NCBI GenBank assembly: GCA_015066115.1 | Contig: SVOZ01000002.1 | Location: forward strand, 6,246 to 70,245 | Direction of reading: 5' to 3' | From: Oscillospiraceae bacterium | GTDB lineage: Bacteria; Bacillota; Clostridia; Oscillospirales; Ruminococcaceae | Length of the DNA stretch: 64,000 bases | Part shown: positions 9,548 through 18,643 of the stretch, in pieces | How positions within the stretch are numbered: the first letter of the stretch is position 1 | Layout of the letters: each line of letters begins with the position of its first letter | Made by a program: the position numbers and the translations under genes | The notes under the pieces: model-generated | What the model was told of the DNA's origin: nothing | What the model saw: only the letters and a program-made list of their open reading frames with translations | Databases searched by the model: none

Positions 9548-10231
9548 ATGAAAAAAGTTTACCAAGGCAAAACAAAAGATGTTTACTCACTTGACAACGG
9601 AAATGTTCTTCTTAAGTTCAAAGACGATTGCACCGGCAAGGACGGCGTTTTTGATCCCGGTGAGAACACCGTTGGACTTACTATTGAAGGAATTGGAAAG
9701 GCAAATCTTGAAACCTCTATTCATTATTTTGAGCTTCTTAAAAAAGCAGGAATCAAGACACACTATGTCAGTGCAAACATTGAGGATGCAACTATGGAGG
9801 TTCTTCCTGCGACTGTTTTCGGTCACGGACTTGAGGTTATCTGCCGCCTTGTTGCGACCGGAAGCTTTGTCAGAAGATACGGCGAGTACATTGAGGATGG
9901 CACAGTTTTAGAGGGCGGATATGTTGAATGCACCTTTAAGAACGACGAAAAGGGCGATCCCCTTGTTACAGGCGAAGGCCTTGCCGCACTTAAGGTTATG
10001 ACCCCCGAAATGTTTGAAAGCATGAAGGAGCAGACCTTAAAGATCACCAAAATCGTTGCTGACGACCTTAAATCCATCGGTCTTGACCTTTGGGATATTA
10101 AGTTTGAGTTTGGTTACAACAACGGCGAGGTTATCTTAATCGACGAGATCGCCTCGGGCAATATGAGAGTTTACAAAGGCTCTGAGATTGTTGAGCCGGT
10201 TGAGCTTACAAAGCTTATCTTAAACAGATAA
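9548..10231 (+). CDS. purC: Phosphoribosylaminoimidazole-succinocarboxamide (SAICAR) synthase
   Basis: 227 aa. The N-terminus YQGKTKDVY and the overall layout are typical of short-form PurC. RBS AAAGGAG. Confidence 0.9.
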   Translation: MKKVYQGKTKDVYSLDNGNVLLKFKDDCTGKDGVFDPGENTVGLTIEGIGKANLETSIHYFELLKKAGIKTHYVSANIEDATMEVLPATVFGHGLEVICRLVATGSFVRRYGEYIEDGTVLEGGYVECTFKNDEKGDPLVTGEGLAALKVMTPEMFESMKEQTLKITKIVADDLKSIGLDLWDIKFEFGYNNGEVILIDEIASGNMRVYKGSEIVEPVELTKLILNR

Positions 10232-10246
10232 ATAACAGAGAGAACG

Positions 10247-10276
10247 CGGGCGGATGACAACATCCGCCCGTTTTTT
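10247..10276 (+). terminator. Rho-independent terminator after purC
   Basis: CGGGCGGATG / CATCCGCCCG stem followed by T6. Confidence 0.8.
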
Positions 10277-10344
10277 ATAGATGTTTTCGGGAAAATTTGA
10301 CAACGGGACGTCATAAATGCCGTCCCCCTACAAAGCTATATATA

Positions 10345-10381
10345 AAAGAAAACTCCCGCGCAGTGCGCGGGAGTTTTTTTA
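10345..10381 (-). terminator. Rho-independent terminator after the cinA-sortase fusion gene
   Basis: CTCCCGCGCA / TGCGCGGGAG stem with A/T runs on both sides, just 3' of the minus-strand stop at 10388. Confidence 0.75.
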
Positions 10382-10387
10382 TTCAGC

Positions 10388-13060
10388 TTATTCTACTGAC
10401 GACTGTGTATTCTGCTCAGAAGAGGCTTCTTCTTGAGAAGAAGTTTGTGCCTCGGACGAGGTTTCGTCCTGCGACGGAGTTTCCTCGCTCGCGGTGCCCT
10501 CGCTTGAGGTCTGGGATTCAGATGAGGTTTGCGCGTCAGAGGAGGTTTCAGCATCAGAGGAGGTTTGATCATCTGATGAGGTTTGGGCTTCTGAGCTACC
10601 GAGTCCGCTCGAAGTGTCGCTTGAGGTTTGCATCTCTGAAGAGCTTTCGCTCTGGGCAGAAGACGAATTAGCTGATGAGCTGTCGGGACGGCCGCTTGAA
10701 GAGCTGTTATTATACGAGGGTCGACTGCTTGTATCGGGGATTATAATGCTTGTGTCATCGCCGCTCGAGGTGTTCTCCTGCTGGTCATCATTTTTATTAT
10801 GGGTTGCAGAATTTACATCAACGACTGTGCTCTCGCCGTCTCTCACCTTTCTTGCCATAACGACAAGGCGCTGATCGCTATACTCATAATAGCAGGTTGA
10901 AAGGGTGAGTATCTTATCGGTTGCCTGTACGTCAACAGGTATATTAAATATAGATCTCTCGCGAATATCACTTATAAAGGTTTCAAACTCTTCATTGGAA
11001 GCAGGATTGAGCACGTTATAGTAATTAAAATACTTGTCGCTTTTTGTATTGACGCTACAGGTGAAGACAGCGAAGATCTTCCAGTCCATCTCCTCATAAA
11101 CGGTGTCAAACGAGATGATTGGATTTTTTCTGTAAAATGTAATTGCCTGTTTTCCTTTATAGTATTTTGAAAGGTCAGAGAACATCTGATTGTCGCTCTT
11201 CATATTGTGACCGTGAAGAATGGTATTAAAATCAAGCTCTTTTACATCGTTGCGGAAGTCCATAAAAGGAACTCCGTGACGTTCTTTTTTGTTGTAGAAG
11301 TTATGGGTGAGGTAATAATCATTATCACTACCCTTAACAACGGGATAATTTATCTGTGAGCCTTCAATTTCTATCCAGCCTGCAACATCCTTATTTTCGT
11401 TATACAGAAGGCCAAACTGCTCAAGATATCCTTCGGGATATGTAGTGGTGTCGGCAGGAGTTTCTGTTTTGAGCTGTGCGAGATCATTGTACATATTTTT
11501 GTTTTGCTGAATTCCCAAAAAGAAGTTAAGAATATAGCAAAGCGAAATGATAAGGGCGACAGACGCGGTTAAAAACACAGATTTTCTAATTTTTTCGCCT
11601 AACAGATCCTTGCGGTTAGGCAAAAGGTTTTGGACAAGGTTTTTAAATCCGTTTTTAATACTATCATCCCCTTTTTTTTCAGTTTCGGGTTGTGTTTCAG
11701 GCTCTTCTTCCTCGTTATAGATTTCTGAGGATCTATACAAAAGATGGCCTTTAAATGCCTCACGGCTTTGCTCACTGTTTGAAATTTCCGAAACGGGAAT
11801 TCTCTGACAGTTAAATATAGCGGCGCCCATAAGCACACGCCTTATCATATCAAGGGCATAAAGCGATGCAGTTTCTCTGATTTTTTCTCTTGACTCATTG
11901 CCCTTTGGAGCAAGCTCATATCTTTTTACCCAAACGGTTTCGCCGTTGCAAACCGAGATAAACACAAGACCTACCTGCTCGCCCACAGAGGAAGCAGGGC
12001 CTGCATAGCCCGTTATCGCAACGCCCATATCAGACTCGGCCTTATTCATAGCACCGACAGCCATCTGACAGGCGGTTTCGGCACTTACCGCTCCGTTTTC
12101 TTTAAGGGTTTCCTCGCTAACATTTAAGACCGATTTTTTTGCATCCTCGCTGTAGCTTACAGTTCCAAGTCCGAAGCAAAGCGAAGCGCCCGAAATATCG
12201 GTTATTTTTTTAGAAAGCAGTCCACCCGTGCAGGACTCTGCAACAGCAATGGTGAGTTTCTTTGAAACAAGCTGTGAAACGACAGCCTGCTGCATTGAAT
12301 CGGTATCGACTCCGTAAACGCTGTCGCCAAGTCTTCTTTTTATTTCATCAACCGACTGCTCAACCGCTCTTTGAGCGGCATATTCGTCCTCTGCTGTTGC
12401 AGAAACGCAAATATCGATCTTTCCGCCGTCGGAATAGGTTGCGATGCGGGGAGAGGGCTTAACTACCATATCATCAAGCACATTTGCAATGAGCGACTCG
12501 CCCATTCCAAAAACGTTAACGGTTTGGGAGAAGGAATGCATTCCCGACATAGCCTTTATAAAGGGCTTTACGCCTTTTTCAAACATAGGGCACATCTCAC
12601 TAGGAGGCCCGGGAAGCATAACGATACACTGATTGCCGCTTTTTAAGATACATCCCGGAGAAAGACCTACATCATTTTTTGCAATAACGCATCCCTCGGG
12701 CACCATTGCCTGACGAATGTTATTATCGGTCATCTGAACTCCCTTATTTTTAAAGAAGGCTTCTATTTTCTCAAGGCTTTCTTCATCAACAGTAAGCTTT
12801 ATTCCAAGAAGCTCGCAAACTGCCTGTTTGGTTATGTCATCTCGGGTGGGACCAAGTCCCCCTGTTAAAACAACTATATTACTGCGCGAGAGCGCCTCGG
12901 CAACTGCGGATTTAATGCTATTCATCTTGTCGCCGACAGTTACCTGAGCTGTAACCTCAACACCGCACTCGTTAAGCTGCAAAGAGAGATACTGCGCATT
13001 TGTGTTGCACTGTTTTCCGCTTAAAACCTCATAGCCGACAGCTATTATTTCAGCATTCAT
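10388..13060 (-). CDS. Fusion protein: CinA (MoCF-binding domain plus PncC-type NMN amidase), TM helix, class B sortase, Ser/Thr-rich tail
   Basis: One uninterrupted 890-aa ORF. Residues 1-412 are CinA-like (LTGGLGPTRDD; AVAESCTGGLL). A TM helix lies at about residues 494-516. Residues 545-742 are SrtB-like (GWIEIEGSQINYPVVKGSDNDYYL; HGHNM; TLSTC; RLVVMA). Residues 763-890 are S/T/E/Q low complexity. RBS GAGGAG. Confidence 0.8.
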   Translation of the reverse strand: MNAEIIAVGYEVLSGKQCNTNAQYLSLQLNECGVEVTAQVTVGDKMNSIKSAVAEALSRSNIVVLTGGLGPTRDDITKQAVCELLGIKLTVDEESLEKIEAFFKNKGVQMTDNNIRQAMVPEGCVIAKNDVGLSPGCILKSGNQCIVMLPGPPSEMCPMFEKGVKPFIKAMSGMHSFSQTVNVFGMGESLIANVLDDMVVKPSPRIATYSDGGKIDICVSATAEDEYAAQRAVEQSVDEIKRRLGDSVYGVDTDSMQQAVVSQLVSKKLTIAVAESCTGGLLSKKITDISGASLCFGLGTVSYSEDAKKSVLNVSEETLKENGAVSAETACQMAVGAMNKAESDMGVAITGYAGPASSVGEQVGLVFISVCNGETVWVKRYELAPKGNESREKIRETASLYALDMIRRVLMGAAIFNCQRIPVSEISNSEQSREAFKGHLLYRSSEIYNEEEEPETQPETEKKGDDSIKNGFKNLVQNLLPNRKDLLGEKIRKSVFLTASVALIISLCYILNFFLGIQQNKNMYNDLAQLKTETPADTTTYPEGYLEQFGLLYNENKDVAGWIEIEGSQINYPVVKGSDNDYYLTHNFYNKKERHGVPFMDFRNDVKELDFNTILHGHNMKSDNQMFSDLSKYYKGKQAITFYRKNPIISFDTVYEEMDWKIFAVFTCSVNTKSDKYFNYYNVLNPASNEEFETFISDIRERSIFNIPVDVQATDKILTLSTCYYEYSDQRLVVMARKVRDGESTVVDVNSATHNKNDDQQENTSSGDDTSIIIPDTSSRPSYNNSSSSGRPDSSSANSSSAQSESSSEMQTSSDTSSGLGSSEAQTSSDDQTSSDAETSSDAQTSSESQTSSEGTASEETPSQDETSSEAQTSSQEEASSEQNTQSSVE
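10421..10639 (-). repeat. Coding tandem repeat (18-nt period) for the QTSS(D/E)x hexapeptide tail
   Basis: Plus-strand units GAGGAGGTTTCAGCATCA / GAGGAGGTTTGATCATCT / GATGAGGTTTGGGCTTCT and similar. They translate to SSEAQTSSDDQTSSDAETSSDAQTSSESQTSSE. Confidence 0.8.
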
Positions 13061-13081
13061 TTTATTTCTCCTCTCTGCTTT

Positions 13082-14257
13082 TTAAACCGCAGTTATATAT
13101 TCGTATCGGGTTTCCTCGGCCGCTTTGTTTACAAGCGCATCTATATCCATAACGCTCTCAACCTTTTCAAAATCCGAAAGATTGGGTTTGGTTTTGGGGT
13201 GCTTTGGTGTAAATACGGTACAGCAATCCTCAAAAGGCTGAACCGAAATATCAAATGTGTCGATTTTTCTTGAAATTGCAACAATTTCTTCCTTGTCCAT
13301 TCCAATAAGGGGACGGAAAACAGGCATTTGAGATACTGCATCGGTACAGCATATCGCAGGCAGGGTCTGGCTTGCGACCTGACCTAAGCTTTCGCCTGTT
13401 ATAAGAGCAAGCGAGCCGTCCTTTTCTGCAATTTTATTTGCAATTCTCATCATAAAACGGCGCATAACAAGGGTTGAATATTCCTCGCGGACTCTATCGC
13501 GTATCTGCTCCTGAACTTCTGTAAACGAAACTGTGTAAAGCTTTATTCTTCCGCAATACTGAGCCATCTGCCTTAAAAGGTCCTTTACCTTTTCGAGCGC
13601 CCTTTCGCTTGTGTAAGGCGGAGAGGCAAAGTGAATTGCCGTGATTTCAAGGCCTCTTTTTGCCATCATATAGCCTGCAACGGGGCTGTCAATTCCGCCC
13701 GAAATAAGAAGCATTGCTCTGCCGCCGGTACCCGTCGGGATGCCGCCCGCTCCATCTGTCTGAGCCGAGTGGATATAGGCGTTTTTATCTCTTATCTCAA
13801 TTACAACGGTAACCTCAGGGTCGATAACATCGACCTTAAGATTGTGAAATTTAGAAAGCAGGTATCCTCCCACCTCTCTGCAAATCTCAGGAGAGGTTAA
13901 GGGAAATTTTTTATCCGAGCGCTTTGCTATAACCTTAAAGGTTTTTGCGCCTTCAAGCTCATTTTTAAGATACTCTGCCGCAGTTTTGCAGATAACCGAC
14001 ATATCCTTTTCTATTTCGCAGGCTCGACAGAAAGCGCTTACGCCGAAAACCTTGGAAACGATATCACTTGCCGCATCCATATCAAAAAACTCGTCCTGCG
14101 GAGCGATAGTAACAGTCGACTGTGCCTTTCTTGCCTCGATTTTTCCAAGATGCGCCATTCTGCGCCTTATATTTTTAATCATAGCATCCTCAAAGGTGCT
14201 TCTGTTAAGACCTTTAAGGGCAATTTCTCCGTTTTTAATAAGTATAATTTCCTTCAT
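13082..14257 (-). CDS. thiI: tRNA 4-thiouridine(8) synthase
   Basis: 391 aa with N-terminal IALKGLNR (ferredoxin-like/THUMP region) and a PP-loop (LLISGGIDSPVA). RBS AAGGAG. Confidence 0.9.
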   Translation of the reverse strand: MKEIILIKNGEIALKGLNRSTFEDAMIKNIRRRMAHLGKIEARKAQSTVTIAPQDEFFDMDAASDIVSKVFGVSAFCRACEIEKDMSVICKTAAEYLKNELEGAKTFKVIAKRSDKKFPLTSPEICREVGGYLLSKFHNLKVDVIDPEVTVVIEIRDKNAYIHSAQTDGAGGIPTGTGGRAMLLISGGIDSPVAGYMMAKRGLEITAIHFASPPYTSERALEKVKDLLRQMAQYCGRIKLYTVSFTEVQEQIRDRVREEYSTLVMRRFMMRIANKIAEKDGSLALITGESLGQVASQTLPAICCTDAVSQMPVFRPLIGMDKEEIVAISRKIDTFDISVQPFEDCCTVFTPKHPKTKPNLSDFEKVESVMDIDALVNKAAEETRYEYITAV

Positions 14258-14269
14258 TCAAGGCGCTCC

Positions 14270-15403
14270 TTATTTAATCTTCTGAAGCGTGTCCATCGCT
14301 TTTTTAACAGAGCCTATCAGCGCATCAACATCGCTTTGGCTGTTTTCTGTGCTGAAGCTTACTCTTACCGCCGTATCGGCCGCCAAATCAGACACGCCTA
14401 TTTCTCCAAGCACATGGCTTTTCTTGCCCTTTGCACAGGCAGAGCCGCTTGAAACATAAATTTCCTCCTGCTCAAGAAAATGCAGAATTGTTTCGGATTT
14501 TATGCACATGGTTGAAAAATTAACTATATAGGGACAAGCATCCTCGGGAGAATTAATCACAACTCCCGAAACTCGCGAAAGCTCATCTACAAGCCTTTGC
14601 CTTAGGCCTTTAACATCGGAATAAGCTTTGGCCATATTTTTTACAGCCTCTTCTGCCGCCACGCCAAATGAGGCAATAGCTGCAGCATTCTCTGTTCCGG
14701 GGCGAAAACGGTTTTGCTGCTCTCCGCCGAAAATTATTGGCGAAATTTTAGTGCCTTTTTTTACAAAAAGGGCGCCGACACCTTTAGGCCCGTGAATTTT
14801 ATGGGCGCTTATACTGATAAGGTCTGCCCCGAGCCTGCCGACATTTACGGGAATTTTTCCAAACGCCTGCACAGCATCGCAATGGACTATAATCTTGCTG
14901 TTTTTTCTTCTTGCTGCCGCCGCAATTGTGGCAACATCGTTAACTGTGCCTATTTCGTTATTTACAAGCATTACAGAAACAAGCAGAGTTTTATCGTCAA
15001 CGGCTTTTGAAATGTCCTCGGCAGTTATTTTGCCGTTTTTCTGAGGCTTAACATACACAACCTCGATTCCGTTTTGAGAAAGGTGCTCAGCCGCCTCCAA
15101 AACCGACGAATGCTCATAGGAAGAAACAACTATTTTGTTTCCTCTTCTTTTATTTGCCTGCACCGAGCCCAAAATAGCGGTGTTATTGCTCTCGGTTCCG
15201 CCGCTTGTAAAATAAAGCTCGCCCTCGCGGCAGGAGAGCGCCTGCGAAATAATTCGGCGGGCATTTTTTATTTCAAGCTCTGCCTTAAAACCGAGATTAT
15301 GAAGAGAAGAGGGGTTTCCAAAGCATTCGGTCATCATATAAAGCGCCTTTTGGGCCGCTTTTTCGCTTACGCGGGTGGTTGCGCTGTTGTCAAGATAGAC
15401 CAT
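14270..15403 (-). CDS. Cysteine desulfurase (NifS/IscS class V aminotransferase)
   Basis: 377 aa with VYLDNSATT at the N-terminus, SAHKIHGPKG (the PLP-binding lysine) and the SSGSAC active-site loop. It lies immediately upstream of thiI. Confidence 0.9.
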   Translation of the reverse strand: MVYLDNSATTRVSEKAAQKALYMMTECFGNPSSLHNLGFKAELEIKNARRIISQALSCREGELYFTSGGTESNNTAILGSVQANKRRGNKIVVSSYEHSSVLEAAEHLSQNGIEVVYVKPQKNGKITAEDISKAVDDKTLLVSVMLVNNEIGTVNDVATIAAAARRKNSKIIVHCDAVQAFGKIPVNVGRLGADLISISAHKIHGPKGVGALFVKKGTKISPIIFGGEQQNRFRPGTENAAAIASFGVAAEEAVKNMAKAYSDVKGLRQRLVDELSRVSGVVINSPEDACPYIVNFSTMCIKSETILHFLEQEEIYVSSGSACAKGKKSHVLGEIGVSDLAADTAVRVSFSTENSQSDVDALIGSVKKAMDTLQKIK

Positions 15404-15477
15404 TTTATTCCCTCCTCTTTGTTTTAAAACTTACATTTTATTATACTATATTTTACATATTATTTCAAGACATAACC

Positions 15478-16011
15478 CTATTTCTTTTGCAGTATGTCAG
15501 ATTTTAACAGTTTATTTCTCTCGCGATAGTCGGGCAGGTATTTTTCAATAAGCGCGTAAAACCGTTTGCCGTGATTTTTATGCTTTATATGGGCAAGCTC
15601 GTGAACTATTACATAATCGACCGCCTCTTTGGGATAAAGCATAAGCCTATAGGAAAAGCAGAGGCTGTTTTTTGGGCTGCAGCTTCCAAAGCGGGTGCGC
15701 GCCGAGGTTATTTTAACGTCGCTTGGCTTTAAGTCCATAATTTCGCTAAACTCCAAAACCTTTTTTGGAATATATTCCTTTGCCGCATTTTTAAGCTCTT
15801 TTATCTGCCTGTCTGAAAGCTCCACTTTGTTTTCTGCTCGCTCTTTAATTCGCCCTTTTGCCTTTTCTATCCAGCCTTGATGGCTATCTAAAAAAGCATC
15901 GATCTGCCTTTGGCTTACAAAGAAAGGAGCGCGCACAACTACCTCAAGCTCGCGCGTTACTTCAATAGCAAGGCTCTTTCGATTTGAGCGCACAAGGCGA
16001 TAATCTATCAT
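15478..16011 (-). CDS. YgjP-like (DUF45/M48-type) metal-dependent hydrolase
   Basis: 177 aa with the HExxH motif (VHELAHIKHKNH) in the C-terminal half. It overlaps the upstream DUF523 gene by 4 nt. Confidence 0.75.
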   Translation of the reverse strand: MIDYRLVRSNRKSLAIEVTRELEVVVRAPFFVSQRQIDAFLDSHQGWIEKAKGRIKERAENKVELSDRQIKELKNAAKEYIPKKVLEFSEIMDLKPSDVKITSARTRFGSCSPKNSLCFSYRLMLYPKEAVDYVIVHELAHIKHKNHGKRFYALIEKYLPDYRERNKLLKSDILQKK

Positions 16012-16448
16012 AGTTCGTCCTCCGAGATTAGATAAAGCTCGTCCTCATAAAGCACCTTTATTTTGTTTTGAGATAAAAGCCTTGCGGCAACTCCCATGCC
16101 ATCAACGAGTCTGCCTGTAAAACTTCCGTCATAAACGCCATCGGGCGAGCAGGCGGGGCTTTTATGCTTTAAAACAGCATATTTACAGCCGTTTTTAAGA
16201 GCGATTTCAAGCGCCTTCTCGGCACCCTTTTGATACTCCGTTGTTCTATCCTCGCCGTTTTTGGAAATTACCTTATCCCCCACTATCTCGCAAGGAGTGC
16301 GCGGGATCTCAAGGCCGCCGAGCACCTCGGGGCAGACAGGGATAAGGTTATGCCTTTCTTTTAGGGCGATAACGCTTTCACAGGGCTTACTCTTGCCGTC
16401 ATAGCGGCAGGGTGTGCCCAAAAGGCAGGCGCTGACTATTATGTTCAT
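16008..16448 (-). CDS. DUF523 family protein (TudS-like thiouracil desulfidase family)
   Basis: 146 aa with N-terminal VSACLLGTPCRYDG and further conserved Cys residues typical of DUF523. It overlaps both neighbouring genes by 4 nt. Confidence 0.75.
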   Translation of the reverse strand: MNIIVSACLLGTPCRYDGKSKPCESVIALKERHNLIPVCPEVLGGLEIPRTPCEIVGDKVISKNGEDRTTEYQKGAEKALEIALKNGCKYAVLKHKSPACSPDGVYDGSFTGRLVDGMGVAARLLSQNKIKVLYEDELYLISEDEL

Positions 16449-16912
16449 CTTATCTTCTCCCCATTTAAAATAGCCTCTGTTAAAGTGTCGTTTCTATACG
16501 AAAGCTTAAGCGAGAAAAAGGGTTCATTTTTGTCTATAAGGTCAAAGAAAATAAAATCGCCCTCCCATATAGGAAGATTTTTAATTTCATTTTTATCAAC
16601 CCATTCCAATGTGCCTTCATCGCAGTCTTTTATTTCGCCCTCAAACTCGGTGGCGGTGAAAAGGTGCATATAATCGGTGGGATACGGAGGGCAATCAAAG
16701 GTTACGACGCCGCGGTAGTTTAAGTTTTTAACGGTAAGGCCGCTTTCCTCAAAAATTTCTCTCTTGGCACATTCTTCGGGGCTCTCACCCTCCTCGAATT
16801 TGCCGCCGAGGCCTATCCATTTGTGAGAATTTACATCGTTTTTCTTTTTTATTCTATGGAGCATAAGATACCTTCCGTCTTTTTCAAGATAGCAAAGGCT
16901 TGTGTTTTGCAT
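16445..16912 (-). CDS. NUDIX hydrolase (MutT-like)
   Basis: NUDIX box GLGGKFEEGESPEECAKREIFEESGL. I set the start at the ATG at 16912, 8 nt after GGAGGA. The ORF track extends to 16954. Confidence 0.85.
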   Translation of the reverse strand: MQNTSLCYLEKDGRYLMLHRIKKKNDVNSHKWIGLGGKFEEGESPEECAKREIFEESGLTVKNLNYRGVVTFDCPPYPTDYMHLFTATEFEGEIKDCDEGTLEWVDKNEIKNLPIWEGDFIFFDLIDKNEPFFSLKLSYRNDTLTEAILNGEKIR

Positions 16913-16931
16913 AAATCGCTTCCTCCATTTT

Positions 16932-16968
16932 AAAAAAGAGCCGCCGAAAGACAAGCGGCGGCTTTTTT
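16932..16968 (-). terminator. Rho-independent terminator after glnS
   Basis: AGCCGCCG (16939-16946) / CGGCGGCT (16956-16963) stem flanked by A6 and T6 runs. Confidence 0.75.
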
Positions 16969-16969
16969 A

Positions 16970-18631
16970 TTATTTTTGCTGAGGTTTAAAGCTGTCCTTT
17001 AAGGTAACCGCTCTGTTAAAGCTGCCCTCATTTTTTGTGTCCTTGCAGAAATATCCCATTCTGACAAACTGGAATTTTTCTCCTGCCTTAGCGTCACCCA
17101 AAGCCTTTTCAAGCTTTGCATTTTCATAAACCTTAAGCGACTCGGGATTTAAAAAGTCAAGATAATAGCTTCCCTCGGGAATATCAATAAGATTGTCAAC
17201 TGTGAAAAGACGGTCATAGAGATTAAGCTGTGCATCAATGCAGTTTTCAGCCGATACCCAGTGAATAGTTCCCTTGATCTTTCTGCCATCGACGGGGTTT
17301 AAGTTTTTGGTTTCAAGGTCGCAGGAGCAGATAATTTCTACTACCTCGCCGTTTTCATCCTTTACAATTTCATCGCAACGGATGATATATGCACCCATAA
17401 GGCGCACCTCACCGCCAGGCTTTAAGCGGAAGAATTTCGGTGGCGGAACCTCTGCAAAGTCGCTTTTCTCGATGTAGAGATTCTTTGTAAAGGCAACGCT
17501 TCTTGTGCCCGCATTTTCATCGTTAGGATTATTGGGCAGGTCAAAATACTCGGTTTTGCCCTCGGGGAAGTTAGAAATTGTAACCTTTACAGGATCGCAA
17601 ACCGCAATTCTGCGAAGAGCTGTTTGATTTAATTCTTCTCTAAGGCAGTGCTCCAAAAGAGCGTAGTCAACAACGCTATAAGCCTTGGAAACACCTGCAC
17701 GGCCTACAAAGTCAAGAACCGAAGATGCAGTGTAGCCTCTTCTTCTAAGGCCGCAAAGGGTGGGCATTCTGGGGTCGTCCCAACCGTCAACCTTTTTAGT
17801 TTCAACAAGCTCACGCAGATAGCGCTTGCTCATTACAACGCCCGTCACATTAAGGCGAGCAAACTCATACTGATGGGGCGGCATTTCAAAGCCAACATTA
17901 TCTACCACCCAGTCATAAAGCGGGCGGTGATTTTCAAATTCAAGCGAGCAGAGCGAATGTGTAATTCCCTCTAATGCATCCTGCAGAGGATGAGCAAAGT
18001 CGTAAAGCGGATAGATGCACCATTTATTGCCCTGTCTGTGATGGGTCTGGCGGCTGATTCTGTAAATTGCAGGGTCGCGCATATTCATATTGGGCGATGC
18101 CATATCAATTTTGGCACGCAGGGTGCAGGCGCCATCGGCAAACTCGCCGTTTTTCATTCTTTCAAAAAGGTCGAGATTTTCCTCGACGCTTCTGTTTCTG
18201 TAAGGGCTTTCCTTGCCCGGCTCTGTAAGAGTGCCTCTATATTCGCGCATTTCTTCTGCAGAAAGATCACAAACATAGGCCTTGCCCTCGCGAATGAGCT
18301 TTACGGCAAATTCATAGCATTTTTCAAAGTAATCCGAGCCGTAAAAGATATTGTCGGGGTTTGCGCCCAGCCAGCGAAGGTCCTCTTCGATAGACCTTAC
18401 ATACTCATCGTCTTCACGGGCGGGGTTTGTGTCATCATAGCGCAGGTTAAACTTGCCGCCGTACTTTTTGGCGGTGGCATAGTTTATATATATAGCCTTT
18501 GCGCTTCCTATGTGAAGATAACCGTTAGGCTCGGGAGGAAATCTCGTCTGAATATGGTCAACCTTACCTTCGGCCAGATCTTTATCTATAATTTCGTGAA
18601 TAAAATTTGAAGCTATTTCCAAAATTAACAA
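16970..18631 (-). CDS. glnS: Glutamine--tRNA ligase
   Basis: 553 aa with NFIHEIIDKDL...RFPPEPNGYLHIGSAK (HIGH region) and VMSKR (KMSKS equivalent). The start codon is uncertain: it is TTG at 18631 or 18622. Confidence 0.9.
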   Translation of the reverse strand: MLILEIASNFIHEIIDKDLAEGKVDHIQTRFPPEPNGYLHIGSAKAIYINYATAKKYGGKFNLRYDDTNPAREDDEYVRSIEEDLRWLGANPDNIFYGSDYFEKCYEFAVKLIREGKAYVCDLSAEEMREYRGTLTEPGKESPYRNRSVEENLDLFERMKNGEFADGACTLRAKIDMASPNMNMRDPAIYRISRQTHHRQGNKWCIYPLYDFAHPLQDALEGITHSLCSLEFENHRPLYDWVVDNVGFEMPPHQYEFARLNVTGVVMSKRYLRELVETKKVDGWDDPRMPTLCGLRRRGYTASSVLDFVGRAGVSKAYSVVDYALLEHCLREELNQTALRRIAVCDPVKVTISNFPEGKTEYFDLPNNPNDENAGTRSVAFTKNLYIEKSDFAEVPPPKFFRLKPGGEVRLMGAYIIRCDEIVKDENGEVVEIICSCDLETKNLNPVDGRKIKGTIHWVSAENCIDAQLNLYDRLFTVDNLIDIPEGSYYLDFLNPESLKVYENAKLEKALGDAKAGEKFQFVRMGYFCKDTKNEGSFNRAVTLKDSFKPQQK

Positions 18632-18643
18632 CCTTTCTTTTGC

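Noticed and set aside
10421-10639. Short-period direct repeats here, and also at 33970-34065, 34262-34320 and 55643-55711, considered as a possible CRISPR or other non-coding array
   Set aside because: All lie in frame inside long ORFs and encode low-complexity linkers (QTSSDx, AAPAP, ERIRLEKEAEK). There is no spacer/repeat alternation and no cas genes. I saw no CRISPR array in the window.
10297-10671. 124-aa Arg-rich plus-strand ORF
   Set aside because: It is antisense to the Ser/Thr-rich repeat tail of the CinA-sortase gene and runs across two terminator hairpins. It is a repeat-induced shadow ORF.
17990-18610. 206-aa plus-strand ORF inside glnS
   Set aside because: It is antisense to a confidently identified aminoacyl-tRNA ligase. 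It has no RBS and no recognisable motifs.
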